Position numbers and translations under genes: made by a program
Assembly (NCBI RefSeq): GCF_006345805.1
Contig: NC_042998.1
Span: forward strand, 97,402,001 to 97,466,000
Origin: Octopus sinensis
Lineage: Eukaryota
Reading direction: 5' to 3'
Length of the DNA: 64,000 bases
Part shown: piece after piece, positions 11,541-24,623 of the stretch
How positions within the stretch are numbered: the first letter of the stretch is position 1
Layout of the letters: each line of letters begins with the position of its first letter
The notes under the pieces: model-generated
What the model was told of the DNA's origin: nothing
What the model saw: the letters and a program-made list of their open reading frames with translations, nothing else
Database searches by the model: none

Positions 11541-13204
11541 AGTATTAAATATATACAACTGGCCATTCTGAGTTATTTTTCTCAGCTCATTTTTATCATC
11601 ATCATCATCATCATTTAATGTCCTCCTTCCATGCTGGTATGGATTGACTGGCTTGACAGGAGCTGATGGGCAGGAGATTGCACCATGCTTCTGTGTCTGT
11701 TTGGCATGGTTTTTATGGCTGGATGCCCTTCCAAACACCAACCATTCTGTAAAGTGGGCTGAGTGCTTTTTACATGGCACCAGCACAGGTGAGGTCAGTT
11801 TTAGCATGGTTTTTACAGCTGGATGCCATTTTGTCTTTAGGTAATTAATATACGGACATGACCTGCACATCAACCATCAGGTATGGTCAAAGTTTCAACT
11901 ATATATCACAGATTACAGTGTATTGATGGTATTCATTTTCTGGGATGAAATGCCAAGTCTATTACAGTGAGTTCTAAACTTAGAACTCTCAACTACCAAA
12001 CAATCTGTTGCTCATATTGTCATGACTAAGTCATCAACTAACTTATTCTTCTGTTTTTATGTTTGGCATGCTGGGTTTAGTTAAAAAGTAGTTAAAAACT
12101 ATTTCCTGTGTGTTTGGCATTTTTCTCTAAGGGTTAGGAATTAGAGAATTTATTCCCATTACTTTAAACATTAGGGACTTGGTGGAATATTTAACAACTG
12201 CATTAACAGTCTGGCTGACATACTGTCTCACTTCAACGTGGTCCTTTGTTGCTTCAGTAGATAGTTTTATGGTTCAGTGTTTTCCCTTGTTCCAACTGCT
12301 CTATCCCACAGAGATTTCTGTTTTTAATCTTTTTTTTTTTTATTATTCTTTCTTGTTCTGTTCAGTAGATTAAGATAAGTGAAGTAATGTGCCATACCCA
12401 AGTACACACTTAGATTCATTTATCTTTAGGGCTGAAACTAATAATTTCTTTGTGATAAAAGTTATGAAATCATAATGTGTAATTGCTCTTTCAGCTGGTA
12501 ATAAAGGCTGATAACATCCTGGTGGTAATTTACTCTGGCAGTGATTATTAACTTGTATTCTACAGCATGAAACTTGACATGAAATGAAAAACTTGAATTC
12601 CTTTTCATAAAGGGAATTACATAACATAACCAACAGACACACACACACACACACATACACACACACTCTCTCTCCCCCTCCCCCTCTCTCCCTTTCACAT
12701 ACACATACTCCCAAAGGTACACACATACATATTTGCAAAATGACAAAGAAACAAACGGCAGAGACCAGAACAATTGGTTTGATGTTAATACCACCACCTG
12801 CCTTTTGTGGTGTCCGCCCTCTTGCAAGCATTTGGTAAAGGTATCTGGTTTGAGGATAATCTCCTCCTTGTTTTTCCTTTCTAGTCTTGAAGACCTTTAT
12901 AAAGGTCATGGTAGTTATCCTTCTTTTGACAAAGTCTTAAAAATGAAAAAGCCAGCTAGCTTACAATTATGGATTCAAATAATGTCTCCACTGACTTTGC
13001 TTTCAATAATCCAGTAATGACTAAAAGACATTCTAGTGGGATATATTTCACTCCATTCAAGTAATTAATTCTTCTAAATTAATTGTTCTAATTTCATTTA
13101 CAAAAATCAACAAAAAGAAAGTACTTACATAAATATACAAAAAATACATTGAAATAAATAATATAACTTGTATTAATGAATAAATGATATATTAATATTA
13201 AATG

Positions 13205-13316
<112 letters not shown>

Positions 13317-13328
13317 AGAGATAGATAG

Positions 13329-14727
13329 ATAAGAAATTAAAAAAGGAAAATATGCACACTTACATAGTTTAAATATAATTTTTAATATATCAACCGGTTT
13401 CGCTATCGCTATTCATGATCTTATGTTTTACTTATTTGAATATGTATTTTTTCTTAAGAAATTTTGTCCATGTTGTTTGTGATGAAATTCATGAGTGAAT
13501 GACTTCACAAGTAGATAAATAAAGAGAGGTAATTGGTTATCGTTATTATTGTCATTGTTGTGGGTAAGGGAGATAACTGTTCAGTTTTCGGTAATGGGAG
13601 GGGAATATATATATGTACAGACAATGATAAGTTTCGAAAACAACGCTTATTGAAAGACAACATCCACCCTCACTTATCGACGAGGGAATTAAACATGCCA
13701 AACAATTAGACACAAAAACACTAAGAACAACAAAACATAACACCACACCTCAACATTACTATTTATATCAACACACAACCCCAGAAACAGTGAGGCATTC
13801 AACACTATTGTGCAAACTATTCCTTTACTAACTAGAGATCCAAAAATGAACGACATCCTGAAAACACACAAACAACTCATCAAACACAAAAAGCAAGACA
13901 AATCGCTAAAGAGACTACTAACAAATGCAAAGCTTTACAAAACAACCACGAAACCAACGGTTGAAAAATGTGGATACCCAAACTGTGGAACCTGCCCCAA
14001 CTGCTTGAAGCACAGAGGTTCACAATTAAAACTAGTTTCACTTGTGCCTCTCAGAGCCTAATTTATGTAATAACCTGCTTGGGTTGCGGACACAACTATA
14101 TTGGACAAATGAGTATGACCTTGAGAAAGAGAACCATTCTACATAAAGAGCAAATCCGTTTCCCGCAATACAGGCAAATTCCTCTCAGTGAACATATAGA
14201 AAAATGTGCAGATAACATCAAACCAAATTTCACAGTCTTCCCCTTCTACCAGTGCAAAGACACAATCTCTCCACTAGAACATTTAAATAAAGAAACTTTT
14301 TTCATTGAAAAATACAGAACACGTCTTAATATGCACGCATAACTAACTTTTATCTTTTTACATATTTCAATTCACGATTACATCACTGTACATAAATCCC
14401 CTCACTAAACAAGGTTTTCAAAACTTGTTGTTGTCTGTACATATATATTCCCCTCCCATTACCGAAAACTGAACGGTTATCTCCCTTACCCACAACAATA
14501 ACAATAATAACGATAACCAATTACCTCCCTTTATTTATCTACTTGTGAAGTCATTCACTCGTGAATTTCATCACAAACAACATGGACAAAATTTCTTCCT
14601 CAGAAAAAATACATATTCAAATAAGTAAAACATAATATCATGAATAGCGATAGCGAAACCGGTTGATATATTAAAAATTATATTAAAACTATGTAAGTGT
14701 ACGTATTTTCCTTTTTTAATTTCTTAT
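13329..14727 (+). mobile_element. 5'-truncated Neptune-type Penelope-like element flanked by ~310-bp inverted pseudo-LTRs
   Basis: KCGYPNCGTCP zinc-finger linker, then LIYVITCLGCGHNYIGQ...RTILHKEQI...HLNKETFFIEKYRTRLN (GIY-YIG). 13329-13641 is the reverse complement of 14414-14727 at high identity. Confidence 0.9.
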
Positions 14728-14786
14728 ATACATTACAACTCACCACGTGGGGATAATCGAAATTCCCCTTTTCTTTTTCTCTTTCT

Positions 14787-14846
<60 letters not shown>

Positions 14847-16678
14847 GCCATGGCCAGTACCAGTGACACATGTGAGGCACTCATGCTGGTGATACATAGA
14901 AGGCATCTGTGCAGGTGACACACAATAGGCACCTGTGCCAGTGATGCATAAATATCACCTATGTCAGTTACAAGTTAAAGGCACCCGTACCTATCACATG
15001 TTAAGGGGTCCAGTGTTGGTAATGTGTAAAAGACACCCAGTACACACTATGGATTGGTTGGCATTAGGAAAGGTATTCACCCATAACAGACTGGAGCCAG
15101 CTTACTAGTTCATGTCAAACCATCCAACCCATGCCAGCATGGAAAATTGATGCTAAATGATGATGATGATGATAAAGTGACTAGATAATTAAATTATATT
15201 TTCAACTGAATTGGATATATATTGAAGTATATTTGGGCAAATTTTAACTATGTTATTAGTTATTTCATGTTATTACATTAGGTATTTATTTAGATGTTTA
15301 TCAGATACTTCCAAATATGGATTAATACAAAAACCAAAAAAAAAAAAAAAAAAAATAAATAAATAATAATGCTTTAATCTTTTCATACATTTTGAAGTAT
15401 AACATCAAGGAAGGAACTAGAAACTAAAAAAATTCAAATTATAAACCTAAATTATAATATATAATTCACACACACACACACACACACGCATACACACACA
15501 TGCATACATACGTATGAATACAATTGAAAGTAAGATTAATTTGAGTAAGATTAATGGGTGTAAAGTGGCAATTGTTTGATGGTCCCATGTATACAGAAAA
15601 TAGGCTTTTGGATTGGTCACTAATATATGTATATCTTTTTACATGTGGGTGGATTTTGGAGGCTATTTTAAGAAAGATAGACTGTCTGCTGTCTTTGATT
15701 GAGGCACAAACGAAAATAACATTCACATAAGTTATGGTATGTTAATTCTTGTTTTGTAGCTAGCTGTTATGTTTTATGTCTGATAACTTCATCTATCTTT
15801 ATGTTTATTTTTTAAGATAGATGCTTTGGTTTGCTCTAAAAGCCAAATAATAAATACCAAAAATAAAGGAAATAGTCTGTTGACTATGAAATGGATAAAC
15901 AATAACATGTGAATTAGAACAAGCTGTCATTCATAGATTATATTTTTGAGGTTGTTGGAAAATATAAAACAAAACAACCAAAGTAACATTTACATATGTT
16001 TCTACTTCTGTTCATTGACAAAGTGTTATTTGGGGAAGATAAAGCTCATAGAAAAATATTTCGGCTATTCATTCTAGATTGAAATCTTGAAGGAAGTGTA
16101 TGAATAGGAAGTTACAGTGGAAATCAAATATAAAATAAGAATACATCACAATAGACTAGTAAATACTTTCACAGATGAAGAAGATGTTGTTGATGGCAGT
16201 GAAGACAATGATGATGATGTTGATGACATCAACGACAACAATGGCATAACAATCCTGTTATTTGCATCAGTGATGCATCCTTATTACATTTCAAGCTGTC
16301 ATGTCAACATATCATCATCATCACCATTGCTATTGTCATTGCTATCATCATCATTCTCAAATAGCATTGTATATTTTGTAAGTAAGAAGGAGTTCTAGAA
16401 GAAACCTATAAATGGTTATAGAATATGTGTGACAATATTGTTATAAGACCCGATGGTAATCAGGTGATGGTGATTGTGAATCACTCTGAAATGTATGCAT
16501 CCACCAGTCTGGTTAGTGTGTGCTACAAACTGACAAATAGGTGCAAACACCTATTTGTCTATTGCAAAAACTTTTCTCCACGACAAAATACAGTGAATAG
16601 CTTTCTTATGGGTTTGAATATACCTCAAGCATATCTGAACTGATAACAAGTTAATATTATACACATCACTGCTTAGCA

Positions 16679-17115
16679 CACAAGTTCCCAACAGGTGTGC
16701 CACGGCACCCTGGTGTGCTGCAAGATCAACCAAGGGGTGCTGCAAAATATACATATGTATGTGGTATCATGTTTGATCATTTAGAGTCAAAAATACATTT
16801 TGATACGACTTTAACGATAAATATTATTATCACCTTATATTTTGTATTGTTGTCTATTATATTTTTGTATTGTCATCTATTTTCTGTTTGTTATATCAAC
16901 ATTGGCGAAATAAAGGAAATTTTTTATTATCAATTCCAGGGACATTACACAGATGTTATCCAGGGACAAAGCTTTGTTACATTGATGTTGAATCAAAAGA
17001 CAACTGTCATATTAGATTTTCTAATAGAGGTGCTGTGGATTTCTGAAATCCACAACACCTCTATTGGCAAGGATTGGTTAGGGTGCCTTGAGGCAGAAAA
17101 GGTTGGGATACTGTT
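16679..17115. mobile_element. hAT (Charlie-like) non-autonomous element
   Basis: Decayed TIRs cacaagttcccaac / gttgggatactgtt and an 8-bp TSD gcttagca at 16671-16678 and 17116-17123. Confidence 0.7.
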
Positions 17116-17131
17116 GCTTAGCACTTCATTC

Positions 17132-17165
<34 letters not shown>

Positions 17166-17166
<1 letters not shown>

Positions 17167-18051
17167 TGAGTCATCCCATAAATTGTGCGTTTTTTTATAC
17201 TTCTTTTATTTTTCAAAATTAAGATAAAGAAAGTTCTTTTTTAATCTAAAATATACTCTCCTTCATTTTCTACAATGTTCTTCTATCTATTTGGTAGACT
17301 TGCAAGGCCCCTCTTCCAAAATTCGCTTGTCTGTGATGAAAAATACTCCTACTGTTCTGACCTCATCTATAGAATTCATATTTTTTCCATCCAAATGATT
17401 TTGATGACTGCGGAGTAAATGATAATCAGATGGGGCAATGTCTGTGCAGCATTGTTTCCCCTTCAAACTGCTTCAGCCTTTGGAATGGTATCCTCCCTGT
17501 ATGTGGCCAATATTTTCCTGATGGAAGAACACCTTTTGTCTTGAAATCAAAGATGCTCGCTTTTCTTCTAGCGTAGGTGTCAATGAATGGTTGAATGACC
17601 AAATCCAAGCTTCTCTGCCAGTTCCTCAACAATTACAATGGAATTTTGTTCCACCAGGATTTGCAGAACATCCTCATCGAGCTCTACAGATCTTCCAGGA
17701 CAAAGCTCATCTTCTAGGCTGTAGTTTCTGGCTCAGAATTTCTAGAACCACTGTTGACACTGGCTTACGCTTACTGTCCAATCCCCATATACTACCTTAA
17801 TATTCCTTGCATTTTCTGTTGAACTCATAAAGTAAAATGTGCCGAATATGCTCCTTTGTTATTTCCATTATAGCTTTGAAAAAATACCTGTTAAAAACGA
17901 ACAGCACTCTTCAAACCTTGCACTAAGAATAATACAAGGTAAAAATACTCCCTGCTTTTATAGAAAGGTGATGCAGGTAGTTTATCCCATACACCCCCTA
18001 ACTTTTAGTTCATGCAATTGAAAAAGCTGCATTATTTATGGGATGACCCAA
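17166..18051 (-). mobile_element. Internally deleted mariner element
   Basis: TIR ttgagtcatcccataaat / atttatgggatgacccaa with TA on both sides. Minus strand encodes HTH remnants (QCQQWF..F...NYSLEDE...GRSVELDEDVL) and the C-terminus (IAPSDYHL...VENEGEYILD). Confidence 0.9.
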
Positions 18052-18065
18052 TATATACGTACATA

Positions 18066-18408
18066 TTCTTTTATTCTTTTACTTGTTTCAGTCATTTTGA
18101 CTGTGGCCATGCTGGAGCACCACCTTTAGTCGTGCAAATTGACCCCAACTCTTATTTTTTGTAAGCCTAGAACTTATTCTATTGGTCTCTTTTGCTGAAA
18201 CACTAAGTTACAGGGACATAAACACACCAACTTCGGTTGTCAAGCGATGTTGGGGAGACAAACACAGACATACATATATATATGATGGTCTTCTTTCAGT
18301 TTCTATCTACCAAATCCACTCACAAGGCTTTGGTCAGCCCAAGGTACCACACAGTGCGACTGAACCCGGAACCATGTGGTTGGGAAGTAAGCTTCTTACC
18401 ACACAGAA
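18066..18408 (-). mobile_element. tRNA-derived SINE family A copy
   Basis: Reverse complement of the family at 21707, 24122 and 28329 (ggctgtgtggtaag...gggttcagtcccactg...gactgaaacaagtaaaag). Confidence 0.85.
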
Positions 18409-18961
18409 GCAATGTCAGTTCAAAATAGCAATCTATGTATCATACTTAAAGCTAAATATCATTGAAAGTCTAATAAAATGTGGTATTCAGCTTAAGAAAG
18501 CATGTCTTATGCACATCATTGTCATCATCAGTAGCAGATGCAATGCTATCACTACCCTGGAGGATTTTTGCTGGCTTCTGATATGCTTCTGCTTTTTAAC
18601 ACTATACACCTAAAAGGGATGCTTTCTTGAGACTAATACCACAGTTTTTCAGGCTTTCAACATTGCATATGCTTTAAGTATGATACACAGATTTCTGTCT
18701 GTTTGTTTGTCCATCTGTCTGTTCGGCTGTTCATCCATCCCCCTCTCTCTCCCTCCCCCTCCCTCCCTCTCACATGTATATGTATGCACGCACACATACG
18801 CGCAGAGACACACATATTCACCTCATCCTAACCCCAAAATCATTGATGCTTGAAGGAAAGCCAAAAAAAGAAAAAAACGGGTACATCTTTTTCAATTCCA
18901 CATTTCTGCTAAAACGGACAGGTCAGTAAACAATCTCGCCACTACATTAATATAAATCTTA

Positions 18962-19372
18962 ATGTAAAATTTTTTTGAATTCATAATATTCTGTACTGAA
19001 CTTTTTTTGATATTTCCTCCTGAAAATTACCCTGAGATGTATAATATATTTGTTTTAATCTTTTCTGTCCATTTTTTCAAATATTCTCATCATACTGTTG
19101 TACTTTTTTATGTCCTAAACATGTCCCTGTTATCAAAGACTGTATATATACATGTAATGTGGCAATTATGTAAATTTTTTTGAATTCATAATATTCTGTA
19201 CTGAACTTTTTTTGATATTTCCTCCTGGAAATTACCCTGAGATGTATAATACATTTGTTTTAATCTTTTCTGCCCATTTTTTCAAATATTCTCATCATAC
19301 TGTTGTACTTTTTTATGTCCTTAACATTCCCTGTTACCAAAGACTGTATATATACATGTAATGTGGCAATTT
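18962..19372. repeat. Near-perfect tandem duplication, unit about 206 bp
   Basis: gtaaaatttttttgaattcataatattctgtactgaac... begins at about 18964 and again at about 19170. Confidence 0.9.
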
Positions 19373-19536
19373 GCAACAACCAATAATTAACGCAACCAAA
19401 CTTCCATATGTTACTTTTGACAATCTTTTTCCAAAGAGTGAAACCGGTTAAGTAAATAAACATCTTTTAAATTGCATTTTCAAACCTTCTTTCGTATATA
19501 ATTCCACTCGTGCGATACCCCACAACTCAACTTTGT

Positions 19537-19574
<38 letters not shown>

Positions 19575-19756
19575 ATATATATAATGCAGAAAATTGGGTT
19601 TTACTTTCATTTCATCTAGAAAATTATAATTTCTACCATAGTGGTAGTGGAACTGTATTTAAAGCATAAAAATACATGAAGATTAGATTTTTAATTCTAT
19701 GTAACCATGAAAAATCAATTATAAGAAGCTGGAATATTATTAATAAAATCACTTAC

Positions 19757-19981
19757 CTTCAACAGGTCTAAATTCTGTTTCAGAAAAATCAGTGACAGAT
19801 TTTCTTGAAAATCCTGCTGTAAATCCTATTGGACTAAGGCCAGTTAAACGGATAGTATGTGGACTTGAACTAGAAATTTTTAAGGACCACATTCCAGCCT
19901 TTGGGTCTTCCACACTGTGAATTTGAATATTTCGAAGATTAAGAAGCTCTTTTAGTCCTGTTTCATCATTTGGTCTTTCAC
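19757..19981 (-). CDS. HMCN1: Hemicentin-like internal exon: (G)ERPNDETGLKELLNLRNIQIHSVEDPKAGMWSLKISSSSPHTIRLTGLSPIGFTAGFSRKSVTDFSETEFRPVE(G)
   Basis: Acceptor tatttatag|GT, donor GAAG|gtaagt. 225 nt, phase 1-1, no stops. Resembles HMCN1 GLHELLN...[41 protein letters not shown]...RPVQG. Confidence 0.95.
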
Positions 19982-20804
19982 CTATAAATAGTAATATCCC
20001 AGAATTAATAGGGTAGGATGCATTTAATATTTGGACATTGATAAATTAAATTCTAGGGTATGTTTTGAAGATGTTTACTTCATCATTAATTAAATAGTCT
20101 TGACAGAAAAAGGTAATTTCAGATTTCTGTTTAGCTAACAAATGATGTAATTGTTGCATGTAATATATATCTTGAGTGTAGAGTTAGATGTATGACTACT
20201 AGTGTATGAATTAGTGACCATGTTGATTATCATCATCCTGTCAGCTTCCTGTATTGTGGTTAGTCTAGCACTTATTTTCACCTTCATGATTTTTAATGTT
20301 CACTTTTTCATGCTTACATGGATTGGATGGAATTTTTTGAAGTAGATTTTCTGTGACCAGATGCCCTTCCTCTCACCAACCTTCACTTGCTTCCAGTAAG
20401 GTGACATTTTGCCATGACCAAACATGTTTCCACAGAAGATTGGAAAGGAAGGACATAGCTTGCATGTTGGTGACATATATCTTAAAACTATCATGGCCAG
20501 AACGCCTTTTAATTACAGATCTAATCATTAGGGTTGACTTGAAGCTAAACAACAACAAAAGAATCCAGATAAAAATTAACCTTTAGAACACTGCATTTTC
20601 TCTAGAATTGTTTCCCCTGTCACTGCCCTGTTACTACAGGGGAGAAAACTCATACAGTGACATGATGCACCTACAGTGTGCTAAAGATTAAGGGAGCATT
20701 AACAGCAAACACTAAGCCTTCTGTGTTAATTCATGTTCCAAACACCAGCTTAGTAGGAACTAATTTATTTTAATGTGCATGGCTCAGTGTTTAGTGTGTG
20801 GTTT

Positions 20805-21105
20805 AGTGGTTCTGGTCACAATCAGAAGGTCATGAGTTCAATATCTGGCAGTACATTGTGTCCTTGAGCAAGACACTTTATTTCACATTGCTCCAATCCA
20901 CTCAGCTGGCAAAAATGAGTAGTACCTGTATTTCAAAGGGCTTGCCTTATCACATCCTGTGTCACACTGAATCTCCCTGTGAATTATATTAAGAGAATGC
21001 ATGTCTGTGGAGTACTCAACCACTTTCACATTAATTTCATGAGCATGCAGTTCCATTGATCAGATCAACTGGAACTCTCATCATCATAACTGACAGAGTG
21101 CCAAT
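20805..21105 (+). mobile_element. Second tRNA-derived SINE type (catggctcagtg...gagttcaatatc...ccttgagcaagacac)
   Basis: Related copies at 34900-35030 and 39870-40090. Confidence 0.65.
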
Positions 21106-21260
21106 CAACGGTATACAATAATAGCAACAACATTAGTGACACAAATAAAAATAAAGGGAACAACGCTAAACAACAAGCAGTAAATGCAACAAAAACAGCA
21201 ACAACAACAATAACAACATTAAAAAATTACCAGTAATTATTATAATAAGGTTTTACTCAC

Positions 21261-21432
21261 CATTAGGATTTTTCAAGTAAATTTTTGGTTGATTACCACT
21301 AACTGAAATTGTAATTGATTTTAAACTTGGATCAATTGGCAGCTTAAACACACTTGTTCTCCCAGCAGGAAAATCAACTGACATCAGATTTACTTTCCTA
21401 CTTTGTACTGCAACACGCACGAAATTTAGCAC
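21261..21432 (-). CDS. HMCN1: Hemicentin-like internal exon: VLNFVRVAVQSRKVNLMSVDFPAGRTSVFKLPIDPSLKSITISVSGNQPKIYLKNPN(G)
   Basis: Acceptor ttccttttccttcatcag|GTG, donor AATG|gtgagt. 172 nt, phase 0-1. Resembles HMCN1 VLKWVEEAVQASKVHLLS...[28 protein letters not shown]. In frame with the exons on both sides. Confidence 0.95.
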
Positions 21433-21706
21433 CTGATGAAGGAAAAGGAAAAGCAAAATAAAAGTACAGATCAAAAGGCAAAAAAGACTAATACGATAAA
21501 GAATAGTAAAAGTAAAATGTCACCCTATCATTATATTTTTTAACTTGTTTCTGTCAATGAACTGTGGCCATACTGGGGCACAAGCCTGGAGGGTCAAGTT
21601 GAACAAATTTACCCCACTACTTATTATCATAGTTCTTGTGATTTCACAAATAGTTTATCATAATATCAAATAAGAATTTTTTTCTAAAGCTTAACATGTT
21701 TTAAAT

Positions 21707-21869
21707 AGGTGCAGGAGTGACTGTGTAGTAAGTAGCTTGCTTACCAACCACATGGTTCCGGGTTCAGTCCCACTGTGTGGCACTTTGGACAAGTGTCTTC
21801 TACTATAGCTTCAGGCTGACCAAGGCCTTGTGAGTGGATTTGGTAGACGGAAACTGAAAGAAGCCCGTC

Positions 21870-21909
<40 letters not shown>

Positions 21910-22117
21910 CTGTATATGTCTGTTTGTCTGTATTTGTCCCCCCCCCCAACATTGCTTGACAACCAATGCTAGTGTGTTTACGTCCCTGTCACTTAGCGGT
22001 TCGGCAAAAGAGTACTAGGCTTACAAAGAATAAGTCCTGGGGTTGATTTGCTCGACTAAAGATGGTGCTCCTGCATGGCCACAGTCAAATGACCAAAACA
22101 AGTAAAAGAGTAAAAGA
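21707..22117 (+). mobile_element. tRNA-derived SINE family A copy
   Basis: Full head, central microsatellite and (gtaaaaga)n tail. Lies 275 bp from the acceptor of exon 21261-21432. Confidence 0.9.
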
Positions 22118-22211
22118 ATTATTTTCTAAATTAATTGAAACAAAGGTAGTGTATTTTAACCGAATATGGTAACAAAAGGATTTGATATTATAATAATGAT
22201 TAAGGTGGTGA

Positions 22212-22736
22212 AAAGACGTCCGCCCATCCCCCACCATTTTCTCCCATATTTGTTTTTTTTTTTTTTTTTTTGCTAAAAATGCCCATTTTCGTATATGGAG
22301 GTTCTGGAAAATTGCCATAATTCAGCATTATGAAAATTTTTACCCCCTTCCCCCAACTTCTTCAATTTTGACTTTTTTCTGCAACACTAACCCTAAAACC
22401 ATAACCCTAACCCTAAAACCATAACCATAAGTACAGAAATGTTTTGAAATTTTTGTCCGAATCCTGATGTCCGTATTTTTCCGCATATTTAGAAAAGAAA
22501 AAATTCTTTAAAAAAAATTTACAAAGATTTTTTTCCGCGTATTTTGAGAAAAAAAAAGTTCTGAAAAAAGATAAAAAATGAAGAAAATGGGGGTGAGGGG
22601 GGGGTAATTTACAAATACCGATTTTTGCCAATTTTTTGGCAGATTCATATTCCCTGTAGCTGAAAAGGGGGTTTGTGTAGAAAAAAAAAGAAAGTTTTAA
22701 AAAAGGGTGGTTGGGGTGTGGGGCAGAAATCTTGCC
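22212..22736. mobile_element. Foldback/MULE-like insertion with ~170-bp imperfect TIRs and a TAACCC-rich core
   Basis: 10-bp flanking duplication aaggtggtga (22202-22211) / aagatggtga (22737-22746). Arms align as noisy reverse complements. Confidence 0.5.
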
Positions 22737-23927
22737 AAGATGGTGAGATAGCAGAATCATTAGAGCACCAGACTAAAATAGCGATATTTCATCATTACAT
22801 TCAGAGATCAAATGCTGCTGAAGTTGACTATGCCTTTCTTTCTTTCAGGGTCGAGGAAATAAATACCAGTTAAGTACTTGGATTGATGTAATCAACTAAC
22901 TCCCTCTCACAAAATTTCGGGTCTTATGCCTATAGTAGAAAGGGCTATTATAATAATGATTTCTAATTTTTGCAGTGGTTACAAATTTTGTGGGTGTCTG
23001 CAGTCAATTAAGTTGCTCCCTGTATAACACTTGTAATTATTTTATTATCCCCAAGAGGATTAAAAACAAATTCAATCCCAATGGAATTTGAACTCAGAAA
23101 GTAAAAGAGATAAAACTGATTAACATCAGAAAACATTTTGTTGGTTGTTATACAAATTCTATCAACCACCAATCCTTATATATTAAAATAATGGAAAAGG
23201 AAGGAGCTACAGGTTACAATAATTATGACAAAGAAAGAGAAGAATATACAATAGGATTATTTAACTACAACAAATTGTACACTAAAATAAACAAAATGTG
23301 AAAATAAATGTAGGTATGTAAACATTATCTAACATCTCTTTTTTATTGTTATGTTTGACATATTCAGTTGAGGGTAATATTTTCCGAATGTTATTACTTA
23401 AACATAAAGAAGTAACAAAAAGACTGTCACTTACTCTTTTTCTTTTTCTTTCTATTTCTCTCTCACACTTTCTCTCTGTACATACATGTATACATACATA
23501 CATACATACATACATACATACATACATACATACATACATACATACATGAATATATACATATATGTATGTATATATATATATATACATGGAGAAAGTGAAA
23601 GAAAGATAGAGATTTGTGTGTATGTATACACCCATACACACATGTGCATAGGTGTTTTTATGTATGTATGCATTATGTGCGTGTGTGTGTGAGAGAGAGT
23701 TTATTTTAGTGTTGTACTTGTCTGACATGTGACCTGTGCTGGACCTGAAACAAGTTCATCATGGAAGAGTCATCAGAATTTGTTAGATTTGCTTTCCATT
23801 TATTTCTTGAAGTAACAAAATTTTCATTACACCTCTGTAGCCTTTTCGATTCAACCATTTAAAAGTTAGAAAATGGCAAGTTCTTATTGAACAAGTTTGT
23901 TATTTTATTAGTGTTGAACATACAATG

Positions 23928-24623
23928 TGACCCACCTTTTCATCTGATGTCACATCGTCCAACCTCACTTTGTCCATGTCTTTTTTCAGACATCTTTTTT
24001 GTCCAACAACTTTTTGTCCAATTTTAAATAAACTCTTTAGAGAACAAGGTGAACATCAAAATCAAATAATCATTGAGAATTTTATTGATAGGATTTTTCA
24101 TTGGACAAAAAAAAAATCAACAGGTGCAGGAGTGGCTGTGTGGTAAGTAGTTTGCTAACCAACCACATGGTTCCGGGTTCAGTCCCACTGCGCGGCATCT
24201 TGGGCAAGTGTCTTCTGCTATAGCCCCGGGCCGACCAATGCCTTGTGAGTGGATTTGGTAGACGGAAACTGAAAGAAGCCTGTCGTATATATGTATATAT
24301 ATATATATATATAAATATGTATGTGTGTTTGTGTGTCTGTGTTTGTCCCCCCAACCTCACTTGACAACTGATGTTGGTGTGTTTACGTCCCCGTAACTTA
24401 GCGGTTCGGCAAAAGAGACTGATAGAATAAGTACTGGGCTTGCAAAGAATAAGTCTCGGGGTCGATTTGCTCGACTAAAGGCGGTGCTCCAGCATGGCCG
24501 CAGTCAAATGACTGAAACAAGTAAAAGAGTAAAAGAGTAAAGAGAGAGACAAAAAAATGTCAGGCCAAAAGATGAGTATGAAAAGATGTTTGACAAAGCG
24601 ACGTTGGATGAAAAGACAGCACC
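23928..24623 (-). mobile_element. MITE-like element with 15-bp subterminal repeats, interrupted by a young SINE A (24122-24548)
   Basis: Reverse complement of 26813-27097 once the SINE is removed. Confidence 0.75.
24122..24548 (+). mobile_element. Young CpG-rich SINE family A copy
   Basis: Retains CpGs (gcgcggcatc, cccgggccgacc, gtcgatttgctcgac) in an otherwise CpG-depleted region. Confidence 0.9.

Noticed and set aside
22387-22430. Interstitial telomere
   Set aside because: Only a few imperfect TAACCC units, embedded in an insertion with flanking duplication.
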